A program made the translations under genes and the position numbers. A stretch of DNA of 64,000 bases from an uncultured Verrucomicrobiae bacterium. GTDB lineage: Bacteria > Verrucomicrobiota > Verrucomicrobiia > Limisphaerales > Palsa-1400. Below, one piece after another: positions 38,460 to 49,321 of the stretch; positions within the stretch are counted from its first letter, which is position 1, and every line of letters starts with the position of its first letter. The stretch is taken from assembly GCA_963764165.1 (NCBI GenBank), contig CAVXRD010000004.1, forward strand, positions 256,001 through 320,000. The letters are read 5' to 3'. The notes beneath the pieces were generated by a model, which was not told the DNA's origin, did not search any database, and saw only the letters and a program-made list of their open reading frames with translations.

Positions 38460-38955
38460 AAATAGCTCCTTTCAAGCAAGCCTTCAATTTTCCGATGCCG
38501 TAGCGGTAACGTCCCGCTGCCGTATTTGGCGATATATCCAGCACGTTGCCGATCGCCTCAAAAGTCATGTCGTGCCAAATCTTCAGCACAATGACCTCGC
38601 GCTGGGCGGGGGGAAGTTCGGCCAATTTGCGCATGGCGGCCGCCTCGGCCTGATCCGCTTCCGCCCCCTGGCTTGGCCCGCGCTCAAACCAGCCAAGCGA
38701 CTCCCATTCGCGCGCGACCCGCCGCCAGAAACCACGATGATGATTCATCGCGCGGTTGCGAAAGGCGCGCAGGCAGTAGTGCTCGGGCTCGTCCGGCTTT
38801 TCCTCCAATCGCAGAAGGGCCAGAAACGTCTCCTGCAAGACATCCTCCGCCTCCCCGTGGCTGAGCCCCAGGGCGCGCCCGTAAAGAACAAGACCCGCCG
38901 CTTTCGCCTCGTAAAGCGGCTCGCACCAAGATCCATTGCGCTCTGATCCGTTCAT
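38395..38955 (-). CDS. ECF-type sigma-70 factor
   Basis: EAEDVLQETF, LPPAQREVIVLKIWHDMTFEAIG...SPNTAAGRYRYG. Confidence 0.92.
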   Translation of the reverse strand: MNGSERNGSWCEPLYEAKAAGLVLYGRALGLSHGEAEDVLQETFLALLRLEEKPDEPEHYCLRAFRNRAMNHHRGFWRRVAREWESLGWFERGPSQGAEADQAEAAAMRKLAELPPAQREVIVLKIWHDMTFEAIGNVLDISPNTAAGRYRYGIGKLKACLKGAIYGRDEPSGESIAIVDAASPVA

Positions 38956-39123
38956 CCGTTGATTCCGTAAAGGGCCGTAATCGCCACTTCATCTACATTG
39001 ACACCAAACTCGTCCGATTTGTATAAACTTATCACAAAATGCCGCAAATAAAATTTCGGCAAGGCAATAGTCTGTCAAGGTAGAGGAGGCGTCCCTGCCT
39101 CAAAAATTCGATTTTGTTCCGCG

Positions 39124-39152
39124 TTGACACTGCCGAAACACGTTACTAGGCT
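39124..39152 (+). promoter_or_regulatory. Sigma-70 promoter of purA
   Basis: TTGACA (39124-39129), 17-bp spacer, TAGGCT (39147-39152). Confidence 0.75.
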
Positions 39153-39177
39153 CTGTCTGTAAATACTCGTGCGGATG

Positions 39178-39215
39178 CCCCGAATTTACAATTTTACAAT
39201 TCGGGGATTTTTATT
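39178..39215 (+). terminator. Terminator-like hairpin in the purA leader
   Basis: CCCCGAATT / AATTCGGGG 9-bp stem followed by ATTTTTATT, between the promoter and the start codon. Confidence 0.65.
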
Positions 39216-39242
39216 GCCGCGACTTGCTCGCGTGATTTTTAG

Positions 39243-40517
<1,275 letters not shown>

Positions 40518-40525
40518 GAAATTTT

Positions 40526-40969
40526 ATGAACACAATTGTTCCTCTCATCAGTTCCGCGGTGGCAGGCCCCCTGGGGGTGCTGCATCTGCCTCGTTTATGG
40601 CTTAAGCTTTCTCTCGGCGCGCGCGGCAAGCTGGCCCCGGGCTATGACAATTGCGGCATGGGTTACGACCAAATGGTGCTCGATGGACTCGGCCTCAAAA
40701 AAGACGATGTTCTGAAATTCATTACCGAATCCAAGCCGATGTACCCTGAGTTTGAAGCGTGGATTTTGAAGCAGCCGGGCGCGAAGCTCGACCGCGTTTC
40801 TGTTGACAAATTGAACGCCGCCATCCGCGGTTTCATTCACGAAGACCAGGTCCGCAAATCCATTCTGTCCGCAAATGGTTTGCCGGACGATTCCCGCGCC
40901 TTCCGCGACGCCGTCAACTTGAACAATCTCGACGACTGGAAGGAATTCCACACCGCGGAATTGAAGTAG
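40526..40969 (+). CDS. DUF5069-like protein
   Basis: GPLGVLHLPRLWLK...CGMGYDQMVLDGLG; closely follows purA. Confidence 0.65.
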   Translation: MNTIVPLISSAVAGPLGVLHLPRLWLKLSLGARGKLAPGYDNCGMGYDQMVLDGLGLKKDDVLKFITESKPMYPEFEAWILKQPGAKLDRVSVDKLNAAIRGFIHEDQVRKSILSANGLPDDSRAFRDAVNLNNLDDWKEFHTAELK

Positions 40970-40993
40970 CAGGCGAAATTTTTAGAAAACTCC

Positions 40994-41539
40994 ATGCGCA
41001 ACGAATCCATGTTTGTCGGGATGAAAGTCCTTCATCCCGAATACGGCATCGGCACAGTCAAGAGCATTTCCGAGCACTTTGCGGACATCCGCTTTGACTC
41101 CGGCCTGCGGACGCTGTCGCCCACGCAATGCGATTTGAAACCGGCCGAACCGCAGGCTGAAATGACGTCCCTGACCATGCCCCTGTCGTCGCTGATTGCG
41201 GAAGTGGTGGCGTCGGCTGTCGGTGAACTCGGCTTGGAACGCGACGATTCCATTGTCGAGAAACTCGCCGCGCGCTGGCAGCGTGGAACGCTCGTCCTCC
41301 GCCCCGCCGATGCGAGTTTGCAAAGCAAGGAAACGCCGCTGGAAGTGTTCTTCCACAAGATCGTGATGGTCAGGAATAATTTGCGCGTCCTGGAGCAAAA
41401 GATAAACGCCCATCCGCAATTGAGCGACGCTGACAAGGTGGAAATGCAGCAATACATCACCCGCTGCTACGGCTCGATGACGACGTTCAATATTCTCTTC
41501 AAGGACAAGGAAGATCAGTTCTCTTCGAAGGGGGAATAA
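40994..41539 (+). CDS. Conserved hypothetical protein
   Basis: GMKVLHPEYGIGTV N-terminus; FFHKIVMVRNNLRVLEQKIN, QQYITRCYGSMTTFN. Confidence 0.75.
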   Translation: MRNESMFVGMKVLHPEYGIGTVKSISEHFADIRFDSGLRTLSPTQCDLKPAEPQAEMTSLTMPLSSLIAEVVASAVGELGLERDDSIVEKLAARWQRGTLVLRPADASLQSKETPLEVFFHKIVMVRNNLRVLEQKINAHPQLSDADKVEMQQYITRCYGSMTTFNILFKDKEDQFSSKGE

Positions 41540-41556
41540 AGAATTTAAAGACAAGA

Positions 41557-41729
41557 TGAATCAGGAACGACCAAACTCAGGAAAGGAGACCGAGGTTAGC
41601 ATCGCGCGGTTCGGTGATTCTCGCTTGTCCAAGTAAAAGTCGCTTGGCATTTGTCCCATCATTCATATTGCTCCCATGCCGCGAAAAATGCCGCGGCCTC
41701 CGTTCCTGAGTTCGGTCGTTCCTGATTCA
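41557..41729. repeat. 27-bp inverted repeat pair (MITE/REP-like)
   Basis: TGAATCAGGAACGACCAAACTCAGGAA at 41557-41583 and its reverse complement (1 mismatch) at 41703-41729. Confidence 0.75.
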
Positions 41730-41800
41730 ATTTCTTTTCAGCTTACCCAAATCTTAAATTGACTCGCCTCGGTTTCGCCAAGCTGCCATTATCCGCACGC

Positions 41801-42859
41801 ATGAATATTCGTCCGTTCCAAATCGCGATTTTCTCCCTGGCGACAATTCTCGGTGCAACCCGCGTGTCTGCCGCCCCGCTTGATCCGGGCGATCCCGCCC
41901 CTGCCCTGAATCCCGCCAAGTGGCTCAAAGGCGCCCCGATCACCGGATTCGAAAAGGGCAAAGTTTATGTGGTCGAATTTTGGGCGACGTGGTGCGAGCC
42001 TTGCAAGGCCAACATCCCGCACCTGACCGACCTTGCCCACCAATACAAAGACAAAGTGAGCATCACGGGCGTCAGCATTTGGGAATCCCACGATCCGACC
42101 GACACTAACTACTTCAAAAAAGTCGAATCTTTTGTCGAATCCGAAGGCGACAAAATGGATTACACGGTCGCGGTGGATAGCCCGCAAAGCGACGTCGCCA
42201 AGGCATGGATGGTTGCCGCGGGCGAAAAAGGCATTCCCGCCTCATTCATCGTCGGCAAAGACGGCCGCATCGCGTGGATTGGCTATCCCGAGAAACTTAG
42301 TGATGCGCTTGACAAGGTGCTGGCCGACAAATTCGACGTCGCCGCCGAAAAGAGCCGCCGGGACACCGATTTGAGATTGGTTCGCCCGCTGGACGACGCA
42401 ATTGCGAAAAAGGATTACAAGCGCATGCTAGAACTCATCGACGCCATCGTTGCGGACAAGCCGGGCACCGCTCCCGCCTACACTTACGACCGGCTCATCG
42501 CGCTTTACCACGCCGATGTGCCCGCGGGAATCGCGCTGTCGGACAAAATACTGACGGAATCCAATCACGAAATTGGCGCATTTCGAATGATCGCCTCGAT
42601 CTTCGCCACGCAAACCGATCTGCCGCCGGACGCCACCAAATACGGCCAAAAAATCATGGCGCAAGCGTTGGAAAAAGACGAAATGAAATACTTGTTCCTC
42701 GCCATGAACGCCGACTTCTGCGCCAACATGGGCGACAAGGCTGGCGCCGCGCAATCCCAGGAAAAAGCGGTCGCCGCCGCCGAAAAGGATTCTCACGCCC
42801 CGCCGGATTTCGTCGAGTCGATGAGGAAAAAATTGGGTCAATACAAAGCCGCGCTTTGA
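41801..42859 (+). CDS. Exported TlpA-like thiol-disulfide oxidoreductase with helical C-terminal domain
   Basis: Signal peptide, VVEFWATWCEPC, GIPASFIV. Confidence 0.9.
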   Translation: MNIRPFQIAIFSLATILGATRVSAAPLDPGDPAPALNPAKWLKGAPITGFEKGKVYVVEFWATWCEPCKANIPHLTDLAHQYKDKVSITGVSIWESHDPTDTNYFKKVESFVESEGDKMDYTVAVDSPQSDVAKAWMVAAGEKGIPASFIVGKDGRIAWIGYPEKLSDALDKVLADKFDVAAEKSRRDTDLRLVRPLDDAIAKKDYKRMLELIDAIVADKPGTAPAYTYDRLIALYHADVPAGIALSDKILTESNHEIGAFRMIASIFATQTDLPPDATKYGQKIMAQALEKDEMKYLFLAMNADFCANMGDKAGAAQSQEKAVAAAEKDSHAPPDFVESMRKKLGQYKAAL

Positions 42860-43575
42860 GCCGTTTGCCGCCGATTCGATTTATTACTTTCGCAGCCTTG
42901 TGCCTGTCGCTGGCACTCCGCGTTTTCGCGCAAACCAACTCGTTCGACCCTGAATCCGCCTACGCGCTGCGGCAAATCGAGGGTTGGCGGATATTGGTGA
43001 ATCAGAAGTTGCTGGCGGAAACGAATCTGTGCGAGCAAACGATCAAGGTGCTGAGCATGCACCTCTACCAAATCACGCGCGTCGTCCCTGCGCCTGCCTT
43101 GGCCAGGATGCGTGAGATTCCGATTTGGGTTGAGCTCAACGACCGGTTGTTTCCCGGAATGTGCTTTCACCCATCGCGGGACTGGCTTGCCTCGCACGGC
43201 GTGAACCCAGCCAAGACGGACGGCGTGGAACTGGCCAACGCAAAGAACTTCCTCAGTTGGTCAATGGAACAGCCGTGCATGGTTCTGCACGAATTGGCGC
43301 ACGGCTACCACCATCGTGTTCTGGGCGACGACGACGCTGACATCCTACGCTGCTTCAAACATGCTCAAGGCGCCGGGCTTTATGCGTCCGTCCTGCGCGC
43401 CAACGGGCACCACGAGCGCCATTACGCTATGACCAATGAGAAAGAGTATTTCGCCGAATCCACCGAGGCATTCTTTGGCGTCAACGACTTTTACCCTTTC
43501 GTCCGCGCCGAATTGAAGGAATACGACCCGGATATGTACGCGCTGCAATGCAAGGTTTGGAATTTCAAGCCGTGA
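42856..43575 (+). CDS. Secreted zinc metallopeptidase (HEXXH)
   Basis: LHELAHGYH, YAMTNEKEYFAESTEAFF; signal peptide. Confidence 0.85.
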   Translation: MSRLPPIRFITFAALCLSLALRVFAQTNSFDPESAYALRQIEGWRILVNQKLLAETNLCEQTIKVLSMHLYQITRVVPAPALARMREIPIWVELNDRLFPGMCFHPSRDWLASHGVNPAKTDGVELANAKNFLSWSMEQPCMVLHELAHGYHHRVLGDDDADILRCFKHAQGAGLYASVLRANGHHERHYAMTNEKEYFAESTEAFFGVNDFYPFVRAELKEYDPDMYALQCKVWNFKP

Positions 43576-43844
43576 GGCTGCGAATTTCGGGTGTTGTGAT
43601 TAGAAGCAGGCGAGGGACACACCGTTAGGCGGAGATACGGCTGTGTCGATGACCAGCCGCAGCGCGTGGAACAGACCGCCGCACCTGTTGATCCCAGCGT
43701 ACTGCGCTGGTTCTTTGTCGCTTCGCTCCGTCGAACAGCCGCGCTTGAATGCGTGTGCGCATCACCCATTTCTAATCACGCCCGGAAATTGGCGTCCCGC
43801 CCCGTTAAATTGACACCAGACGACTTTTGTCCGATATTGAGTCC

Positions 43845-44399
43845 ATGTCGATACGGCCTTTGCTTTTTTCGGGCATGTTCATGCTGCTCACTGCCGCCGC
43901 TCACGCCGGCGAATTCCCTGATTCCTGGTCTTGGGACGTCGACGACGCTACGATGCGCGCCGAGCATGCCGCCCTTATCGGCAAGCCGATGCCCGCGCTA
44001 ACATTGTCTGGGTGGTTCAACGGCGAAGTAAAACCCGCCGACATGAAGGGGAAAGTCGTGGTGGTGGATATTTTTGCCACATGGTGCATACCTTGCATCG
44101 AGGGCATTCCGCACAACAACGAAATGATGGCCAAGCATCAGAAGGACGGTTTGATCTTCGTCGGCGTTTGCACCACTAAAAGCGGCCAGGATAAGCTGGC
44201 GCAAACGGTGAAAGATCATGGCATCAAATTTCCGACCGCTGCTGACCCAACGCTGGCTACGCAAAAAGACTGGCACGTTCTCTACTATCCGACCTATGCC
44301 GTCGTTGATCGCAACGGGATCCTCCGCGCTCTCGGCGTCGCTCCTGAACACGTGGAGGACGTCGTGAAGAAGCTGCTCGCCGAAAAGGCGCAGTCATAG
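43845..44399 (+). CDS. TlpA-like redoxin
   Basis: GKVVVVDIFATWCIPC, YYPTYAVVDRNG. Confidence 0.9.
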   Translation: MSIRPLLFSGMFMLLTAAAHAGEFPDSWSWDVDDATMRAEHAALIGKPMPALTLSGWFNGEVKPADMKGKVVVVDIFATWCIPCIEGIPHNNEMMAKHQKDGLIFVGVCTTKSGQDKLAQTVKDHGIKFPTAADPTLATQKDWHVLYYPTYAVVDRNGILRALGVAPEHVEDVVKKLLAEKAQS

Positions 44400-44566
44400 C
44401 AGGCCGGCCTGTTGCCGCAGTTTGGCCGAAGGAGGCTGGGACGGCTGCCGATGCGTCCGGAGTGAGAATTCCAGATAACGAATTTTTCGAGCATTCAACC
44501 TAGGAACCCGGCAAGATGGAGCTCAAGCCGAGCCATGCCGAGCCTGCGCAAATCCGCAGGCGTTCT

Positions 44567-45847
44567 TTACTTCGCGCTGACCGCGTCGGCGGATACCAGC
44601 GGCTCGCCCACGCGCATCGGATCGGGCATCGGGCAGAATTCCTCGATTTGCTTCCACAGCACGGAGAAATCCTTGTTGACGTCGCCGCTGAGGCAATCAG
44701 TCACGGAGCCGATGGCGTCGGGATATTTGTCGGTCAAGGCGCGGAAGCTGAATTTGGGATTGTAGAATGCGTAGACAAGGCGGCGCATGTTTTCGACGCC
44801 CTCGCGAATATATCGCGCATAAGGGGCAAAGCGTTCCGCGGAAAAATCCCGCTCGACGATCGCCTTGTGAACTTCCTCGCCGGAAGCAGTGCCGGATTTG
44901 AGCGCCAGCATGACGCCGGAGGAAAATACCGGGTCGAGAAACGCGAATGCGTCTCCAACCAGCAGCAAACCTTCGCTTCCGCAGTGGCGGGCGTGATGGG
45001 TGTATTCGCTTGTCAGGCGGTATGGGCCCGTTTGGGTTCCGGCTGCGATATGCTGCTTGATCCATTGATTTTCTTCGACAGCGCGCTTGAAAATCGCTTC
45101 TGGGCTTTTGACGCCGTCGCGAGTCAAATACTTTCCTTCGGCCACGACGCCGACACTGGTCATGTCGTCGTGCTGCGGGATGTACCAGAACCAGCCCTTT
45201 TCCGGGATGTAGGCCACGGTGGTTGATCCGCCAGCAATTCCGGGATCGCGCATGGCGCCTTTGTAATAAGTCCAAACAGCGATTTTGTTCAGGTAAGGAT
45301 CCGGCATGCGCCAGTTGTTGCGCACGGCGCAGAAGGCTTCCTTCCCGGAGCAATCGAGCGTGATTGGGGCAAGATAGTCTGTTGGCGCGCCACCCTTGGT
45401 CTGAGCGCGAACACCGACGACGCGGCCGTTCTCCTTGAGCGTATCCAGGACAGTGGTTTCCTCCAGGCAGGTCGCGCCTTTGGCCCGGGCGTTGTCGAGG
45501 AGCATCTGGTCAAACTCGGAGCGGAGCACCTGCCAGGTTTGGGCCACGGTCTCGCGGTCGTAGCGGTCAAAAAAGAAGAACGGCTGGCTCGCCCGGCCGG
45601 AGGGAGAAACAAATTGGACGCTGTATTTTTTGACAAAAGCCGAGGCGCGCATCTTGTCAATCAAACCCAAACGCTCCAGCGGCTGGAACGTGAAGGGCAG
45701 CAGCGATTCGCCGATGTGGTAGCGAGGGAATTTCTCGCGTTCGAGCATGAGCACGCGGTGTCCGTATTCGGCGAGAATGGCTGCGGCAGCCGAAGCGGAA
45801 GGGCCCGCGCCGATGGTGATGGCGTCGTATTGATTCGAATTATTCAT
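44567..45847 (-). CDS. FAD-dependent oxidoreductase, flavin-dependent halogenase type
   Basis: IGAGPSA, FPRYHIGESL, FVKK, WFWYIP, GDAFAFLDPVFSSG. Confidence 0.88.
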   Translation of the reverse strand: MNNSNQYDAITIGAGPSASAAAAILAEYGHRVLMLEREKFPRYHIGESLLPFTFQPLERLGLIDKMRASAFVKKYSVQFVSPSGRASQPFFFFDRYDRETVAQTWQVLRSEFDQMLLDNARAKGATCLEETTVLDTLKENGRVVGVRAQTKGGAPTDYLAPITLDCSGKEAFCAVRNNWRMPDPYLNKIAVWTYYKGAMRDPGIAGGSTTVAYIPEKGWFWYIPQHDDMTSVGVVAEGKYLTRDGVKSPEAIFKRAVEENQWIKQHIAAGTQTGPYRLTSEYTHHARHCGSEGLLLVGDAFAFLDPVFSSGVMLALKSGTASGEEVHKAIVERDFSAERFAPYARYIREGVENMRRLVYAFYNPKFSFRALTDKYPDAIGSVTDCLSGDVNKDFSVLWKQIEEFCPMPDPMRVGEPLVSADAVSAK

Positions 45848-45848
45848 G

Positions 45849-46424
45849 TCAGGCAGGGGGCAGTATTTCCACGATTTCCGCCAAGGGCCGATCCCAGCGG
45901 TCGGCCAGCGTGTTGCGCCGTCCGAAAAGCATGTGGGCGCCGGTCAAACCCAGGGCGGTGTTGATAAAATTGTCCGAATTGATGCGAAAATAAAGGAGCG
46001 GCCGGCTGGAAAATTCCATTCCAGAGTCAATAAGAATTCTACCCAGCGGCTTGTTCTCGCGCAAAATCTCCTCGCGCGCCGCATCAGGGAAATGGCCGAG
46101 AAAAATGCGGATGGCGCCGAACTCCACCCGGCGTCCGTCTCCATTGAGAATCAGCGCCACTTCGCGGCCGTATTCGTTTTCAATCTTGTGCCGGGCCAGC
46201 AGTTCGACGCGCATGGATTGCTTGTAAAACGTTTCGAGGGTCGATGTCATGTCGACCTTATGCGCCAGCAGGGAGCGCTGCGGCTCCGGCATTTGACTTG
46301 CGTCGACGCATTCAAAGGAAGGAAACGACTGACCGCGCAAGAGGTAAAGCTCCTCCAGCGGCGAAAGCCGGGCCCGCGCGGCTGGCGCGGTAACCGGCGG
46401 AAGCGTTTCCGGCTTTGCGCTCAG
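45849..46424 (-). CDS. Chorismate-pyruvate-lyase/UTRA-like protein
   Basis: MPEPQRSLLAHKVDMTSTLE, REVAL, VEFGAIRI, PLGRIL, FGRRNTL, IVEILP. Probable CTG start overlapping the upstream stop, with a GAGG RBS. Confidence 0.7.
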   Translation of the reverse strand: MSAKPETLPPVTAPAARARLSPLEELYLLRGQSFPSFECVDASQMPEPQRSLLAHKVDMTSTLETFYKQSMRVELLARHKIENEYGREVALILNGDGRRVEFGAIRIFLGHFPDAAREEILRENKPLGRILIDSGMEFSSRPLLYFRINSDNFINTALGLTGAHMLFGRRNTLADRWDRPLAEIVEILPPA

Positions 46425-47767
46425 GCGTACCTCGCGTTCCTGTGTTCCGGGAGGAAAAATTCGTGCAGCAATCGGTCCACCTGCAGCAATCCCTCGCGGT
46501 TCAGCACGATGTGATCGCCCTCTATGCCGCCGAATCCCCAATCGTGAATCGTCTGCAGCGGTTGGGCGAAACGCTGGCGCACATCGACACCGAACTTGTT
46601 TTTAAAATACTCGCAACTCGTGCGGCCGAGTTTCAACTGTAAAATAAATTCCCGTATGAGGCGCTCGTCGCCTGCCGGAGTCAGCGCGCGGTAGACCGGC
46701 AATTTTCCGGATTGCACCGCTTTCACATACGGCTCGAATTCGTGCAAATTCTGGTAGTGCGTCCCTTGCAGATGGCCAAAGGAGGCCACGCCAAGGCTGA
46801 CCAAATCCGCGCCCGCCCACAGCCGGTCGCGGTAAACGAAGCGCGTCTTTTCCTTGTTTTTGACAGCGGTGTAGGCGCTGCCCACGGTGTAACCGGCGCG
46901 TTCCAATTCCGAAAATCCCCATGCGACCCAGGCGCGTTTGGTGTCCCAGTCCGCCACCGGCGCGACCAGCTTTCCCTCCGCCTTCATTTGTTTATAAATG
47001 TCGGTGTTGTAAGGAATTTCCATCTGGTAGATGGTCACGCTGTCAGGTGACATCTCGATGGTTTTGCGGACGCATTCCTTCCAGTTGGCTTCCGTTTCCT
47101 CGACCATGCCCGCGATCAAATCGATGTTGATTTGGGGGAATTCCAATTCGCGGGCGTAAGAGTAGGCGCGGGCGATTTCCTTGCTGTGATGGGCGCGCCC
47201 GTTGATTTCCAGAATATGATCGTCAAAATTTTCCACGCCAAGGCTCAGGCGCGTCACGCCCATTTCGCGAATGGCTTTGAGCTTATGCGGGGTCAGCGTC
47301 CCCGGCTCGCATTCGAAGGTGACTTCCTCGGCTTCATCCCACGGCACCAACTTTTTCATGCCGTCAGTCAGGTGAGTCAATTGATCGACCGAAAGGTAGG
47401 ATGGAGTGCCGCCGCCAAAATAAACGAAATTCGCCTTGCGCCCCTGCACGGCGGGCTTGGAGGCGTAAATGGCCAGTTCCTGCAGCGCGGCATCGATGTA
47501 TCCCCGAATGGCCGCCGAATCCTTGTCGGTATAAACCTTGAAATAACAGAAGTGGCAGCGTTTGCGGCAAAATGGAATGTGCAGGTAAATGCCGAGCGGC
47601 GTGCCGGGAACCGGCGGGCGCTCCATCGCAGCGGTCATGTCCGGCACAAATTCGGGTTTCCAAAACGAGAACGGCGGGTAATTGGAAACAAAGTAATTGC
47701 CGACGGTGGTTTGCTTTTGCAAAGCCGGACTGGGCGGCGCGGGCGCTGTTTCTGTTGTAGTGCTCAT
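46421..47767 (-). CDS. HemN-like (class C) radical SAM protein
   Basis: YLHIPFCRKRCHFCY, YFGGGTPS, TRLSLGVE, INIDLIAG; N-terminal GNYFVSNYPPFSFW. Confidence 0.92.
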   Translation of the reverse strand: MSTTTETAPAPPSPALQKQTTVGNYFVSNYPPFSFWKPEFVPDMTAAMERPPVPGTPLGIYLHIPFCRKRCHFCYFKVYTDKDSAAIRGYIDAALQELAIYASKPAVQGRKANFVYFGGGTPSYLSVDQLTHLTDGMKKLVPWDEAEEVTFECEPGTLTPHKLKAIREMGVTRLSLGVENFDDHILEINGRAHHSKEIARAYSYARELEFPQINIDLIAGMVEETEANWKECVRKTIEMSPDSVTIYQMEIPYNTDIYKQMKAEGKLVAPVADWDTKRAWVAWGFSELERAGYTVGSAYTAVKNKEKTRFVYRDRLWAGADLVSLGVASFGHLQGTHYQNLHEFEPYVKAVQSGKLPVYRALTPAGDERLIREFILQLKLGRTSCEYFKNKFGVDVRQRFAQPLQTIHDWGFGGIEGDHIVLNREGLLQVDRLLHEFFLPEHRNARYA

Positions 47768-47774
47768 ATCCTTT

Positions 47775-48920
47775 TCAACTTTTCTGGCCGAAGCAATAGA
47801 CGCTGCCATCGTCAGAACCTATCACAATTTTTTCGGAAGCCACCGCGGGCGAGCTGTCCACAGCCTGCCCGATTTCATAAGACCAAAGCTGCGATCCATC
47901 CTTAAGCGAGACAATGTAGACGTTGCCGTCATCGGAGCCGACAACCACTTTGCCGTCGACGACCACGGGGGAACTCTGCACCTTTCCGTGGGTGGGAAAT
48001 TTCCAGACGCTCTTGCCGTCGGCGCGATTGATGCAATGCAGCGCCTTGTCATGCCCGCCGAAGAGGACACGATCATCGGTCACCGCCGCCGCGGCCATGT
48101 AGGGAAAATCAAGATCGCGGTAACGCCACACAACACTTCCCGCGGCAATATCGACGCACAAAAACTCGTTGTCGTAATGGCCAAAGTAGGCGCGTCCACC
48201 AAACAGCGCCGCCGAAGCCGCAATGTAAGCGCCGGCGTCGATTTCCTTTATCTTCGTGCCGTCGGTCACGTTGAGGACATGCACCAGCGCGTCACATCCG
48301 CCAAAAATCGCTTCGTTTCCGGCGATGGCGCTGCAGCCGTTAATGTAATTGCCGGTTTCGTAACTCCAGAGCGGCGTGCTGTTGGTGGCGCTGAAGCAGT
48401 AGAGCTTGAAATCATAACTTCCCACGAGAATGCGCGGAACGCCGTTGCTGCCCGGAATGGCGTTGGCCGAAGCCAGAATTTTCCCCTCGGTGGTGAACTT
48501 CCACTTCTGCTGGCCCGTGGCGGCGTCAATCGAATAAAAAACTCCATCAACCGTTCCAACGAAAATGGATTTGTTGGCGTAGAGCGGCGGAGCTTGCACC
48601 GGCGCGCCCGCTTTGAATGACCACGATTCCTGACCGGACGAAAGTTTGAGCGCGTGAACCGCGCCGTCATTGGAACCGATGAAGACTTCTCCATCTTCGA
48701 TCACGGCGGAAGACTTCACCGCGCCACCCGCCTTGAAACTCCAAAGAAGCGACGGCTTGGATGGAATGAAACCTTCGGCAACACCCGTCAGGCTTGGGTT
48801 TCCTCGAAAAACAGGCCAATCGGCAGGAGATGCGCTGACAGAAATCCCCAGACAGCAAATTGCCGGAAAAATGCTGCCACGCCACACCGCGACCGATGCA
48901 CGACTGTCCGCCAGTTCCAT
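47775..48920 (-). CDS. Exported PQQ-like (BamB-type) beta-propeller protein
   Basis: DWPVFRGN; repeated SSPVV...GSxDGxVYxL...GxxxW blades. Confidence 0.9.
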   Translation of the reverse strand: MELADSRASVAVWRGSIFPAICCLGISVSASPADWPVFRGNPSLTGVAEGFIPSKPSLLWSFKAGGAVKSSAVIEDGEVFIGSNDGAVHALKLSSGQESWSFKAGAPVQAPPLYANKSIFVGTVDGVFYSIDAATGQQKWKFTTEGKILASANAIPGSNGVPRILVGSYDFKLYCFSATNSTPLWSYETGNYINGCSAIAGNEAIFGGCDALVHVLNVTDGTKIKEIDAGAYIAASAALFGGRAYFGHYDNEFLCVDIAAGSVVWRYRDLDFPYMAAAAVTDDRVLFGGHDKALHCINRADGKSVWKFPTHGKVQSSPVVVDGKVVVGSDDGNVYIVSLKDGSQLWSYEIGQAVDSSPAVASEKIVIGSDDGSVYCFGQKS

Positions 48921-49321
48921 AACTCGAATAATTTGGCCGCGAGCAACATGGCTTCTTCTTGCGGACTTGGCAAACAAAATAATACTTACACGTATTAATT
49001 TTGGCGGAGGCTCGAACAAACACTCAAGCAGAAATGCGCAGGACAAAAATTCTGCCGCCGTGGTAGCCGAGGCTCTCGCCTCTGCCGGGTTAATTCAGCG
49101 GCGGGATGCCGCCGCCACTCTGCCCGTGAAGAATTTTATCCGGCCCATTTCCTCTCACGCTCCAACTTTCGGATGGACATTGGAAGGCGCTCCAGTTCAA
49201 CCTGACTGCGCCGATTCCACGAATCGTCAACAGTGAAAGCAGAGCCTGTCAAACAACATTCCGCAGTTGGGTGCGCGGCAATCTCGCCGCCAGCCGCACT
49301 GAACCTTCCGGCCGGCCGACG

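Noticed and set aside
46421..47767. Calling the radical SAM gene hemN
   Set aside because: No heme-pathway context and an atypical N-terminus; left as HemN-like.
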